Below are positions 35,027-47,837 of a DNA stretch of 64,000 nt, piece by piece (the stretch's first letter is position 1; each line of letters begins with the position of its first letter). The DNA comes from Mobula hypostoma (lineage: Eukaryota), in contig NC_086107.1 of the NCBI RefSeq assembly GCF_963921235.1, positions 107,882,001 through 107,946,000 of the forward strand, in the 5' to 3' direction. Below the pieces are notes generated by a model. It was given only the letters and a program-made list of their open reading frames with translations, had not been told where the DNA came from and made no database searches. The position numbers and the translations under genes are program-made.

Positions 35027-37526
35027 ACATAGAACATAGAACATAGAATAGTACAGCACAGTACAGGCCCTTCGGCCCACATTGTTGTGCCGACCCTTAA
35101 ACCCTGCCTCCCATATAACCCCCCCCCCGCCTTAAATTCCTCCATATACCTGTCTAGTAGTCTCTTAAATTTCACTAGTGTATCTGCCTCCACCACTGAC
35201 TCAGGCAGTGCATTCCACGCACCAACCACTCTCTGAGTAAAAAACCTTCCTTGAATATCCCCCTTGAACTTCCCACCCCTTACCTTAAAGCCATGTCCTC
35301 TTGTATTGAGCAGTGGTGCCCTGGGGAAGAGGCGCTGGCTGTCCACTCTATCTATTCCTCTTATTATCTTGTACACCTTTATCATGTCTCCTCTCATCCT
35401 CCTTCTCTCCAAAGAGTAAAGCCCTAGCTCCCTTAATCTCTGATCATAATGCATACTCTCTAAACCAGGCAGCATCCTGGTAAATCTCCTCTGTACCCTT
35501 TCCAGTGCCTCCACATCCTTCCTATAGTGAGGCAACCAGAACTGGACACAGTACTCCAAGTGTGGCCTAACCAGAGTTTTATAGAGCTGCATCATTACCT
35601 CATGACTCTTAAACTCTATCCCTCGACTTATGAAAGCTAACACCCCATAAGCTTTCTTAACTACCCTATCTACCTGTGAGGCAACTTTCAGGGATCTGTG
35701 GACATGTACCCCGAGATCCCTCTGCTCCTCCACACTACCAAGTATCCTGCCATTTACTTTGTACTCTGCCTTGGAGTTTGTCCTTCCAAAGTGTACCACC
35801 TCACACTTCTCCGGGTTGAACTCCATCTGCCACTTCTCAGCCCACTTCTGCATCCTATCAATGTCTCTCTGCAATCTTTGACAATCCTCTACACTATCTA
35901 CAACACCACCAACCTTTGTGTTGTCTGCAAACTTGCCAGTCCACCCTTCTACTCCCACGTCCAGGTCGTTAATAAAAATCACGAAAAGTAGAGGTCCCAG
36001 AACCGATCCTTGTGGGACACCACTAGTCACAATCCTCCAATCTGAATGTACTCCCTCCACCACCACCCTCTGCCTTCTGCAGGCAAGCCAATTCTAAATC
36101 CACCTGGCCAAACTCCCCTGGATCCCATGCCTTCTAACTTTCTGAATAAGCCTACCGTGTGGAACCTTGTCAAGTGCCTTACTAAAATCCATGTAGATCA
36201 CTTCCACAGCACTATCCCCATCTTTATGCCTGGTCACCTCCTCAAAGAACTCTATCTGGCTTGTTAGACACAAACTGCCCTTCACAAAGCCATGCTGACT
36301 GTCCCTGACCAGACCATGATTCTCTAAATGCCCATTGATCCTATCTCTAAGAATCTTTTCCAACAGCTTTCGCACCACAGGCGTAAGGCTCACTAGTCTA
36401 TAGTTACCTGGACTATCCCTACTACCTTTTTTGAACAAGGGGACAACATTCGCCTCCCTCCAATCCTCCGGTACCATTCCTGTGGACAACAAGGACATAA
36501 AGATCCTAGCCAGAGGCTCAGCAATTTCTTCCCTCACCTCATGGAGCAGCCTGGGGAATATCCCGTCAGGCACTGGGGACTTTTCCATCCTAATGTATTT
36601 TAACAGCTCCAACACCTCCTCTCCCTTAATAACAACATGCTCCAGAACATCAACCTCACTTATATTGTCCTCACCATCATCAAGTTCCCTCTCATTGGAG
36701 AATACCGAAGAGAAGTATTCATTGAGGACCTCACTCACTTCCACAGCCTCCAGGCACATCTTCCCACCTTTATCTCTCATCAGTCCTACCTTCACTCCTG
36801 TCATCCTTTTCTTCTTCACATAATTGAAGAATGCCTTGGGGTTTTCCTTTACCCTACTCGCCAAGACCTTCTCATGCCCCCTTCTTGCTCTTCTCAGCCC
36901 CTTGTTAAGCTCCTTTCTTGCTTCTCTATATTCCTCAATAGACCCATCTGATCCTTGCTTCCTAAACCTCATGTATGCTGCCTTCTTCCACCTGACTAGA
37001 TTTTCCACCTTACTTGTCACCCATGGTTCCTTCACCCTACCATTCTTTATTTTCCTCACCGGGACAAATTTATCCCTAACATCCTGCAAGAGATCTCTAA
37101 ACATTGACCACATGTCCATAGTACATTTCCCTGCAAAAACATCATCCCAATTCACACCCGCATGTTCTAGCCTTATAGCCTCATAATTTGCCCTTCCCTG
37201 ATTAAAATTTTTCCTATCCTCTCTGATTCTATCCTTTTCCATGATAATGCTAAAAGCAAGGGAGCGGTGGTCACTGTCCCCCAGATGCTCACCCAGTGAG
37301 AGATCTGTGACCTGACCCGGTTTGTCACCTGATACTAGATCTAGTATGGCATTCCCTCTAGTCGGCCTGTCAACATACTGTGACAGGAATCCATCCTGGA
37401 CACACTTAACAAACTCTGCCCCATCTAAACCATTGGAACTAATCAGGTGTCAATCAATATTAAGGAAGTTAAAGTCACCCATGATAACAACCCTGTTATT
37501 TTTGCACCTTTCCAAAATCTGCCTCT
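35027..37526 (-). mobile_element. Young CR1 LINE, 2.5 kb (EN end through RT, frameshifted)
   Basis: ORFs 36094..37242 (382 aa) and 34984..36066 (360 aa): PEDWREANVVPLFKKG, SQHGF, SGVPQGSVLGP, FADNTK; (TATGTTC)n tail; inserted into a Rex-type tail. Confidence 0.95.
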
Positions 37527-38509
37527 CATTGCTATCATCAGGAAGGAGGTACAGGAGCCTGAAGACACACACTCAATGATTCAGGAACAGCTTCTTCCCC
37601 TCTGCCGTCCGATTTCTGAATGGACATTGAACCCATGAGCATATATACATACACACATTTTTTTCTCAATTATTGTACTGCTGCCATAAAGGCAACAAAT
37701 TTCACGACATGTGATGGTGATGTTAAACCAGGTTCTGATTCTGACCCTGATTTCTACCATAGAGATGCTGAGTATATTCAACCCTGAGAAAGACATGTAC
37801 TCTATTTTGCCTTATAAGGGAATCCACAGAAAGAAAATGGAGCTGCGATCGGATTTGATTTTACCACATGTCATTTGGCTAAGTGATCTGCATTGTTAGA
37901 TCTTTGGAGCTCGTCTCAGGCATATTCAGAGGAGGGCGAAACATTAAGTGTCCTAACACGTCTTGGGGCATATCTGTCCGCTCCTCACTGATCATTCCAC
38001 AAAAGGAAGCAAAACGTTTGGCAACCCCACTCGGAAGGACAAGGATTTCCTTCACACTGCTTCATCAAAATCAGGCAAGTCCTTCCACCTGCTCAGAGTA
38101 GCTAGCCACCAAGCCCATCCCGCTTAGAAGATGTCAGTGATGTCTGGCAGACTGATCGCAGCTGGGTCGCAGCCTTGAAAACAAATACATTAGTATTTAC
38201 TTTCTGTTGCATTTTGGATCATTAGTGCAGTGGCACAATGCCTTTTGGATACTTCTGTCTGCATTTTATGACAGGCAGCTGACAGCAGAGGGTTCGGATG
38301 TACAGAGTGTTCCTCCGAGAGAAAGGTAATGTTACAGTACTTGATAAAAAAAAAGGAACAGAATTGTGGCTGAAACTGCGCTGTATTGTCTCGGTGGGTT
38401 GTTGTCTTGCATTCCAGTTTGCAGGTTCAAGTTCTGCTCCGGAAATCTATCTGCAAAAATCCAGGTGTTGAGGAACTACTGCAGTCTTCCTGAGCTGTCT
38501 CAGCCATAT

Positions 38510-38945
38510 AGAGTCAGTGGCCACTTTATTAGGCAACACTGCACACCTGCCTGTTAATGCAAACGTCTAATCAGCCAATCGTGTGGAAGCAACTCTGTGC
38601 ATAAAAGCATGCAGGTATGGTCAAGAGGTTCCGTTGTCGTTCAGTCCAAACATCAGAATGGGGGAAGAAATGTGACCTAGGTCACTGACCATGGAATGAT
38701 TGTTGGTGCCAGATGGGGTGGTTTGAGTATCTCAGAAACCGCTTTTCTCCTCCTGGGATTTTTATGGACAACAGTTTACAGAGAATAGTGCGAAAAATGA
38801 AGAACATCCAGTGAGCATTAGTTTTGAGGGTGGAAGCGCCTTGTTACTGAGAGAGGTCAGAGGAAAACAGCCTGACTAGTTCAAGCTGACAGGAAGGCGA
38901 CAGTAACTTAAGTAACCACATGTTACAACAGTGGTGTGCAGAAGA
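38510..38945 (+). mobile_element. Tc1-derived non-autonomous element (truncated by CR1)
   Basis: TIR cagtggccactttattagg; GMIVGARWGGLSISET paired-like HTH remnant. Confidence 0.8.
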
Positions 38946-38954
38946 GAAATGATA

Positions 38955-40185
38955 GTTCTGGATACCCCCACCATAGGAAACATTCTCTCCACATCCACAC
39001 TATCTAGTCCTTTCAACATTTTGTAGGTTTCAGTGAGATTGCCCCACATTCTTCTAAATTTCAGTGAGTACAGGCCCAATGCTGCCAAACACTCCTCATA
39101 CATTAGCCCCTTAATTCCCGGAATCATCCTTGTGAACCTCCTCTGGACTCTCTCCAATGACAACACATCCTTTCTGAGATATGAAGAACAAAACTGTTGA
39201 CAATACTTTAAATGCAGCCTTACTAGTGTCTTATAAAGGCTCAGCATTATCTCCTTGCGTTTATATTCTATTCCCCTTGAAATAAATGCCAACATTGCAT
39301 TTACCTTCTTTACCACCGACTCAACCTATTAATTAATTAATTAATTGCATGAAGACTCCTAAGTCCCTCTGTACCTCTGAAGTTTGAACCTTCTCCCCAT
39401 TTGGATAAGAGTCCGCACCATTGTTCCTTGTACCAAAACGCATTATCATATATTTCCTAACACTGTATTCCTTCTGCCAATTTTTGCCCATGCTTCCAAT
39501 TTGTATAAATTCTGCTGCAGTTGCATTCCTTCCTCAGCACCACCTACCCCTCCACCTATCTTTGTATCATCCTCAAAGTTCACCACAAAGCCTTCAATTC
39601 TATTATCTGAATCACTGACAAACAATGTGAAAAGCAGCGGTCCCAATACTGACACCTGAGGATCACCACTAGTCACCGCAGCCAACCAGAAAAGGCCCCT
39701 TTTATTCCCACTTGCTGCCTCCTGCCTGTCAGCCATTCCGCTATCCATGCCAGTATCTTTCCTGTAGTCACCGGCAGCCAACCAGAAAAAAACTGCTTTA
39801 CTCCCTCCCTTTATCTTCTGCCAGTCAGTCGATCTTCTATCCATGCTAGCATCCTTCCTGTAGTACCATGGGCTCCTACCTTGTTTAGCAGTCTCTCGTG
39901 CAGCACCTTCTCAAAGGCCTTCTGGACATCCAAGTAAACAACATCCACCGACTCCCCTTTGTTGATCCTGCTTGTACCTTCCTCAAAGAATTCCAATAGA
40001 TTTGGCAGGTAAGATTTCCCCTTAAGGAAACCATGCTGACTCTGGACTATTTTCATTTGCTTCTAAGCACCCTGAAATCAAATTCTTAATAATGGATTCT
40101 GAAATTGTGCCTGTCATTGAAGTCAGACGAAATGGCCTGTAATATACTGCTTTTTGCTTCTCTCCCTTCCTAACCAGTGGAGTGT
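38955..40185 (-). mobile_element. Decayed CR1 RT region with ~95-bp internal diverged duplication
   Basis: ORFs 38876..39316, 39446..39844 and 39811..40056 carry CR1 motifs. Confidence 0.85.
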
Positions 40186-40320
40186 ATTTTTTATTTTGGG
40201 GGTGGGGAGGGGGTGCTGAGAGATCATGAGACCACGAGAAATTGGAAAAGAGTGGTCCTTCAGCCAACAGAACTGCTCTGCCATTCAATGAGATCATGGC
40301 TTTCTCATTTCTGCCCTTTT

Positions 40321-41370
40321 CAGAATGCAAGGCGGTGACTAGTGGGGTACCGCAAGGCTCAGTGCTGGGACCCCAGTTGTTTACAATATATATTAATGAC
40401 TTGGATGAGGGAATTAAATGCAGCATCTCCAAGTTTGCGGATGACGCGAAGCTGGGCGGCAGTGTTAGCTGTGAGGAGGATGCTAAGAGGATGCAGGGTG
40501 ACTTGGATAGGTTGGGTGAGTGGGCAAATTCATGGCAGATGCAATTTAATGTGGATAAATGTGAAGTTATCCATTTTGGTGGCAAAAATAGGAAAACAGA
40601 TTATTATCTGAATGGTGGCTGATTAGGAAAAGGGGAGGTGCAACAAGACCTGGGTGTCATTATACACCAGTCATTGAAAGTGGGCATGCAGGTACAGCAG
40701 GCGGTGAAAAAGGCGAATGGTATGCTGGCATTTATAGCGAGAGGATTCGAGTACAGGAGCAGGGAGGTACTACTGCAGTTGTACAAGGCCTTGGTGAGAC
40801 CACACCTGGAGTATTGTGTGCAGTTTTGGTCCCCTAATCTGAGGAAAGACATCTTTGCCATAGAGGGAGTACAAAGAAGGTTCACCAGATTGATTCCTGG
40901 GATGGCAGGACTTTCATATGAAGAAAGACTGGATGAACTGGGCTTGTACTCGTTGGAATTTAGAAGATTGAGGGGGGATCTGATTGAAACGTATAAGATC
41001 CTAAAGGAATTGGACAGGCTAGATGCAGGAAGATTGTTCCCGATGTTGGGGAAGTCCAGAATGGGGGCCACAGTTTGAGGATAGAGGGGAAGCTTTTTAG
41101 GACCGAGAGTAGGAAAAACTTCTTCACACAGGGAGTGGTGAATCTGTGGAATTCTCTGCCACAGGAAACTGTTGAGGCCGGTTCATTGGCTATATTTAAG
41201 AGGGAGTTAGATATGGCCCTTGTGGCTACGGGGGTCAGGGGGTATGGAGGGAAGGCTGGGGCGGGGTTCTGAGTTGGATGATCAGCCATGATCATGGTGA
41301 ATGGCGGTGCGGGCTCGAGGGGCCGAATGGCCTACTCCTGCACCTATTTTCTACGTTTCTATGTTTCTAT
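40321..41370 (+). mobile_element. Young CR1 3' fragment
   Basis: SGVPQGSVLGP...KFADDAKLGG; TSD ccctttt at 40314-40320 and 41371-41377. Confidence 0.93.
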
Positions 41371-41731
41371 CCCTTTTGATTTTCTTGCTCATTAACAGTT
41401 TTATCAGCTTCAAATATATTAAAGGATTAAGCTTCCATGGCTTTCTAGGGCAAGGAATTCCAAAGGCTCACTTACGTTTAGAGAGAAAGAATTCTTTGTC
41501 ATCTCAGAGCTAAGTGGGCACTTCCCATATTCTGAGGCAATGCCCCCAAGTCCTGGACTCTAACATCCTCCACACATTTACTTTGTCCGGTCCCTGGGAA
41601 TCTTAAATGTTTCAATAAACCAATCAGAATCAGATTTAATATCACTGCCTATGTTGTGAAATTTGTTGTCTTTGCAGCAGCGGTACAGTGCAATACATAA
41701 TAATGGAGTAAAAAAAGACAGAATTACGTTC

Positions 41732-41732
<1 letters not shown>

Positions 41733-41770
<38 letters not shown>
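41733..41770. repeat. (CA)n microsatellite
   Basis: Direct reading. Confidence 0.95.
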
Positions 41771-41773
<3 letters not shown>

Positions 41774-41774
41774 G

Positions 41775-41955
41775 TGGGTCGGCTGGTGGTGCAGTGGCAT
41801 CAGCACTGGACTTCGAAGCGGATGGTCCTGAGTTCGAATCCTGCCAGGTACCAACCTAGGCAGCAGCAGTAACTGTGTGGAAGAAAGCCCTGGCAATTAC
41901 GCCCTAGGGACACCTACACCATCTATAGGTTTGCCATGAACTGAACAACAACATA
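41775..41955 (+). mobile_element. tRNA-derived SINE with RTE-like tail
   Basis: tggtgcagtgg A box, gttcgaatcc B box; related to 44040-44245. Confidence 0.7.
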
Positions 41956-42524
41956 TATTAAATAGTTAACTTAAATTGTAGAAATACTAGTATTATTGAG
42001 TGTGTGCCTTTCGGATCCTGTACCTCCTCCCTGATGGTAGCAATGAAACTCTCGGTCTCCTAAGCTCCAAAGAGTTCAGACCAAACAACTCAACATTTCC
42101 TCATGAGACAAACCGATTAGATTCAGATTTGGATGATTTATCACATGTATATTGAAAGCTACAATGTGTCATTTGCATTAACAACCAACACACACACACA
42201 AGGGTGTACAGGGGGCTGCCTGCAAGTGTCGCCACACATTCTGGTGTCAACTTAGCATGGCCATCTGTCCATCTTTCCTGAACTATCTCCTGTGATAATA
42301 TAATTCTTCAATAAGGGAATCAAATCTGTACACAAAACAAAAAAGGAGGTATCACTAATAACTTGTACAACTAATCTCTGGTTAGCGCAGATGGTGTGAC
42401 TTGAAGTAACGCATGAAGCTATGTTATATGGATGATTTCTGATCGCAGTAGAGGTACGGAGTTTTGGGGAGATCATATGATGCTGATTATATGAAAAGAA
42501 AACTTATATCAAAGTATAAGTATT

Positions 42525-42765
42525 GTGTTGGGCACGTGGCCAAGTGGTTAAGGCGTTCGTCTAGTGATCTGAAGGTCGCTAGTTCGAGCCTCAGCTGTGG
42601 CAGCATGTTTGTGCCCTTGAGCAAGGCACTTAACCATACATTGCTCTAGTGTCTGGGTGAGGAGTGGCGGCCCACACAGACTTCCAATCTGCGCCTTGTA
42701 AGGCATGAAAATGCCTGACGCAGGCCTCTCATGGTCTGAGTCGACATTCCCTCCCTCCCTCCCCC
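42525..42765 (+). mobile_element. tRNA-derived CORE-like SINE
   Basis: A/B boxes, tgtgcccttgagcaaggcacttaacc, (CCCT)n tail; second copy at 49880-50120 (-). Confidence 0.8.
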
Positions 42766-43349
42766 AAAGTAACCAAAATACAGAAAAAATGTTTGAGTAT
42801 TTACATTCACAGTTGCTTGTGCATTCGGGTAATAAGAAAAATTACTGTGTAGCTCAGACACGAAGAAAAAATTTCTTAGGTGTTCTCTTATGTTTGAGGA
42901 TGATTTGCTTTCTAGTTTCTGATATAGCTGACATAAAAGGAACAAGAGCCTCAGGACTCAAGAACAATTGGTACCCCTCAACCATCAGGCTCTTGAATGA
43001 AAGGGGATAGCTACACTTAACTTCACTTGCCCCATCATTAAACTCCCACAACCACTGGTCTCACTTTCAAGGATTCTTTATCTCATTATCTCACGTTCTA
43101 GTTATTTATTGCTATTTATTTATGTTTGTATTTGCGCAGTTTGTTGTCTTCTGCACTCTGGTTGATCTTTCAATGATCCTGTTATAGTTACTATAGATTT
43201 ACGGAGTATGACCACAAGAAGATGTATCTCAGGATTGTATATGGTGACATGTATGTACTTTGATATTAAAGTTTACTTTGAACTTTGAACATAGCCAATG
43301 AAATCAAAGTGTGGTCCACCTAGTGGCACAGCTCTTTGAGGGGACATGT

Positions 43350-43700
43350 GGGTGGGTGGCATGGTAACATAATGATTCGTGCACTGCTTTACCGCACTGG
43401 CTGAAAGATGGGGTTCGATTCCCGCCACTGTTTGTAAGAGGTTTGTTAGTACTCTATGTGACCATGTGGATTTCTTCCGCATGCTTTGGTCTTGTCCCAC
43501 ATTCCAAAGATGTACAGTTCAGCTTAGTGAGTTGCGGGCATGCTATGTTGGTGTCAGATGCATGTCGACATTTGCAGGCTGCCCGGCACAATCCCCGCTG
43601 ATTTGATTTGATGCAAATGATTCATTTCACTGTACATTTCAATGTTCATGTGACAGATAAAGCTAATGATGATCTCATATTTATCTTTATTTTTATCTAA
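43350..43700 (+). mobile_element. V-SINE
   Basis: ggggttcgattccc B box, gtggatttcttcc...cccacattccaaaga V-domain-like, (ATCTTT)n tail. Confidence 0.7.
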
Positions 43701-44039
43701 GGCGGTGGTTATTTCTGCAATTTTTGCTTGGTTTCTGCATCCTACCAATGAAGAGCCTTGAGGTTCTCAAAGACCTCCCAGGCACCTCTCCATTTCAAGC
43801 AACTGCTGGCTAGTGATCCTGTGAGTTGTTTTATTTCAAGAAAGCTTTTCCAGCTGGTGATATTTTACTTTGTCAGAGCCCAGTCTATCTCTTGCAGGAA
43901 TATCATGATATTCAGGGATAATGTTCCGGGATTTGGATCCCTACCTTGCAGAAAGGAAGATGGTTGTAATTATTGAACACCACTCACTATCCAGAATATC
44001 AGTGCAAGAGTTTCACAGAGCAGTTCCTAGGTACAACCA

Positions 44040-44245
44040 TCTTAGTCTTCAGTCATTTTTTAGTCAAGTCCGACTCTTCATGACCTCATGGACCAGAGGG
44101 TCTTCATGGCAAGATACGGAAATGGGTTGCCAGGCCTTTCTTCCACAGAGGTACTGCTGCTGCCCATGTTGGAACCCGGCTGGGTTTGAACTCAGGACCT
44201 TCTGCCTTGAAGTCCAGTGCTGATACCACTACACCACTGGCCACT
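44040..44245 (-). mobile_element. tRNA-head SINE with Bov-A/Sauria-like RTE tail
   Basis: Minus strand ggcaacccatttccgtatcttgcc...gtccatgaggtcatgaagagtcggacttgact. Confidence 0.65.
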
Positions 44246-44959
44246 TCATCAATCAACGCATGCCACAACTGCTTATAATTGACATTCATTTATATTCCAT
44301 TCCGACGATCTTCTGGGAGACATCTCCATCTTCCCTAAGTCTGAATTCAGGAACATAGAGCATAGAAAGTACTGCACAGTCTCCCAGTGACATGGACACC
44401 CTTGCTTTGTTCTCACAACAGAATATGGGCCCTTTGACACCATGTTGTGCCACCCTGTGTAAACCTACCACACTCAAGCTAACTCTTGCCTCTTACATTA
44501 CCCTACATCTTCCCTACATCCACGTGCCTATTTGAGAGTCTCTTAAACGTCCTTATTGTATCAGCTCCAACCACCATGCCTGTCAGTACGTTCCAGGTAT
44601 CTATCACTCACTGTGCATACAAGCTACCTCTGACATGTCCCCTCCACTCATCTTAAAAGGATTAAGGTATTAGCTATTACTTGTCTAGGAAAATGCACTT
44701 GTTGTCCACTCTCTCTAGACCTCCCATAATGTTAAACATCTCTGTCAAGTTGCTTCTCTTCCTCCTTGCTCAAACTTTCCTCGTAAGTCATATTCTTTAA
44801 TCTAGGCAGCATACTGGTACACCTCTGCCTTCTTTGTCTTCTGTGGGCAAGACAGTTTTGAATCCATGCAGCCAAGTTTCCATGGATTCCATGCCCCCGG
44901 CTCATATTTTTAATTATCCCATTTTTTGGAAAACCTTTGTAATCCTCCTCTGGTGTCAT

Positions 44960-45395
44960 GTTTGTGATCATCTGCTGCTGTAGCCCATCCACTTCAAGGT
45001 TCAACACCTCATGCATTCAGAGATGCTCTTCCGCACACCACGGTGGTAATGTGTGGTTATTCGAGTTGCTGTAGCCTTCCTGTCAGCTTGAACCAGTATG
45101 TTCACAAGGCATTTTCACCCACAGAACTGCCAATCACAGAATGTTTTTTTTTTGGTTTTTGCACCATTCTTTGTAAACTCTAGAGATTGTTACATGTGAA
45201 CATTCCAGGAGATCAGCAGTTTCTGAGATACTCAAACCACCCCATCTGGTCAAAGTCACTTAGATCACACTCCTTCCCCATTCTGATATTTGGTCTGAAC
45301 CTCTTGACCGCGTCTGCATGCTTTTATGTATTGAGTTGCTGCCACATGATTGGTTGATTATGTACAGGTGTACCCAATAGAGTGGCGACTCAGTG
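44960..45395 (-). mobile_element. Tc1-derived non-autonomous element
   Basis: Reverse complement of the 47838 and 63415 family. Confidence 0.75.
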
Positions 45396-45455
45396 TCTAT
45401 TCCCTTGGCTTATTTGCCCTCTGCAAATGTATTATCTGATTATGTATATTGAATT

Positions 45456-45627
45456 AACACACATCAAAGTTGCTGGTGAATGCAGCAGGCCAGGCAGCAT
45501 CTCTAGGAAGAGGTACAGTTGACGTTTCAGGCCGAGACCCTTCGTCAGGACTAACGTGCTGGTGAACACAGCAGGCCAGGCAGCATCTCTAGGAAGAGGT
45601 ACAGTCGACGTTTCAGGCCAAGACCCT
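45456..45627 (-). mobile_element. Tandem (86-bp period) PLE terminus with hammerhead
   Basis: tgctggtgaa...gacgtttcaggcc(g/a)agaccct repeated at 45471 and 45557. Confidence 0.85.
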
Positions 45628-45874
45628 GAACCATTTGGGCAAGTTGCTTATATACCTAATGCCAGAAATTCTATTTTGAACTCTATCATGGAAAGAGATT
45701 AACCGGTGGACAGTGGAAAGCAATTCAGGAATGTGCATAAAACCTCCTTGAAGAAACATAACATTCCCACTAATCCCTGGAAATTTTTGGCTCAGTAGGT
45801 GGAAGGAATGCACGGGATGAGATTGAGAAGCTCAAGTCCAAGCGTTCAGAGCACTGAGTGGCCCTGCACAAGTG

Positions 45875-46428
45875 GCAAAGTTCCTGGTGTCCACCCATTT
45901 CAGTTTTCCTTCCCATTCCCATTTCGACATCTTGTTCCACGGCCTCCTCTACCGCCATGATGAAGCTACACTCAAGTTGGAGGACCACCACTTCATATTT
46001 CATCTGGCTAGCTCCAAACTGATAGCATCAATTTCTCTCGTTTCTGGCCGTTACTTTCCCCCCTCTCTCTTTTCTCTTTTTCCATTCCTCAGTGTGGTTC
46101 CCTTCACCTTCTTCTGGTGTCTTTCCTCCTTTCCTTTCCTCCATGGTCCACTATCCTCTCCTATCAGATTCTTTCTTCATCAGCCCTTTAGCTCTTCCAC
46201 CTATCGCCTCCCATCTTCTCACTTCACCTACTCTCCACTCCCACCTACCTTCCGCCTCACCTGGTTTTAACTATCACCTGCCAGCTGGTACTCCTTCCCC
46301 TCCTCCTACCTTCTTTGGCTTCTTCTCCCTTCCTTTTCAGCCCTGATGAAGGGTATCGGCCTGAAACGTCAGATATTTACTCCTCTCCATGTCCTGTTGA
46401 GTTCCTCCAGCAGATTGTGTGTTTGGTG
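45875..46428 (+). mobile_element. PLE 3' fragment (GIY-YIG C-terminus, pLTR and hammerhead)
   Basis: HFSFPSHSHFDILFHGLLYRHDEATLKLED; cctgatgaagggtatcggcctgaaacgtc. Confidence 0.82.
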
Positions 46429-47328
46429 ACACTCACAACACGCTGGAGGAACTCAGCAGGTCAGGCAGCATCAGTGGAAAAGATCGGCTAACGTTTCGGG
46501 CCGGAACCCTTCATCAGGTCTGAAGATGGAAGGGGCAGAGGCCCTATAAAGAAGGTGGGGGGAGGTGGGAAGGAGAAGGCTGGTAGGTTCCAGGTGAAAA
46601 ACCAGTAAGGGGAAAGATAAAGGGGTGGGGGAGAGGAAGCAGGGAGGTGATAGGCAGGAAAGGTGAAGAAAGAATAGAGGAAAACACAATGGGTAGTAGA
46701 AGGAGGCGGAACCAAGAGGGAGGAGGTAGGCAGCTGGGGGAGGGGGCAGAGTGACATAGGGATAGAGGAAGGGAGGGGGAGGGAATTACCGGAAGTTGGA
46801 GAATTCTATGTTCATACCAAGGGGCTGGAGATTACCTAGATGGTATATGAGGTGTTGCTCCTCCAACCTGAGTTTAGCCTCGTCATGGCAGTAGAGGAGG
46901 CCATGTATGGACATATCTGAATGGGAGTGGGAAGCAGAGTTGAAGTGGGTGGCAACCGGGAGAACCTGTCTGTTTTGGTGGACGGAGCGGAGGTGCTCGA
47001 CTTTTTCCCCTTTCTTCTACTACCCATTGTGTTTTCCCCTATTCTTTCTTCACCTTTCCTGCCTATCATCTCCCTGCCTCCCTTCCCCCACGCCTTTATC
47101 TTTCCCCTTACCGGTTTTTCTCCTGGAACCTACCAGCCTTCTCCTTCCCACCCTCCCCCCACCTTCTTTATAGGGCCTCTGCCCCTTCCCCCTACAGTCC
47201 TGACGAAGGGTTCCGGCCCGAAACGTCGACCGATCTTTTCCACTGATGCTGCCCGACCTGCTGAGTTCCTCCAGCATGTTGTGAGTGTTGCTTTGACCCC
47301 CGCATCTGCAGATTATTTTGTGTTTTAC
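46429..47328. mobile_element. Second inverted-pLTR PLE, nested in the tail of the preceding PLE
   Basis: 46429-46705 is the reverse complement of ~47010-47290; the spacer holds the GIY-YIG C-terminus (-); possible ggtg TSD. Confidence 0.85.
47196..47231 (+). ncRNA. Minimal hammerhead ribozyme
   Basis: gtc ctgacga agggttccggccc gaaa cgtc gac. Confidence 0.75.
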
Positions 47329-47837
47329 GGTGGATTTCCAGTTTCTGTTAACTCTCTTGTGCTTGTTGGACCTCCGTTGGATAGGGGCTTTGTGGAAACA
47401 ATCCAGCAAATATCAGTAGCTGCCAGAGAAGATTGGCGTCCTTCTTTTCATTACGTTTCTAAGGAGAATTGGCAAAAGGAAAACAGAGATACACATGGCA
47501 TTGAGATTGTTCACACGTTGCTCTGGGTCATGAAAGATTGAGCAGGAGGTTCAACTCAAGACAGATCATGTGAAGTGCTGTTTCCTCTCTGAGAAAGTTG
47601 GCTCAAGGCTGGCAATTTGCAGTCACAAGATCAGGCGGACTCTGCTTCCGAGACCTTGCCTCCCTGGGGCAGACAATGGAGAAATGCAGAACGATGGAGC
47701 AGAATTGATGGTCATACTGCCAGAACACTTGAGTATGCCAGAGAAGTTGTGTCCTATAGAAACTCAACAAGATTAGTGTTGGTGTGAAGCAGCTACAAGA
47801 GTAAACCAAAATCCCATCAAATGGCCACTGAGGCAGA

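Noticed and set aside
34984..37242. Intact autonomous reverse transcriptase gene
   Set aside because: 5'-truncated, frameshifted near 36070-36095, catalytic FADD reads FADN, and further lesions near the 3' end
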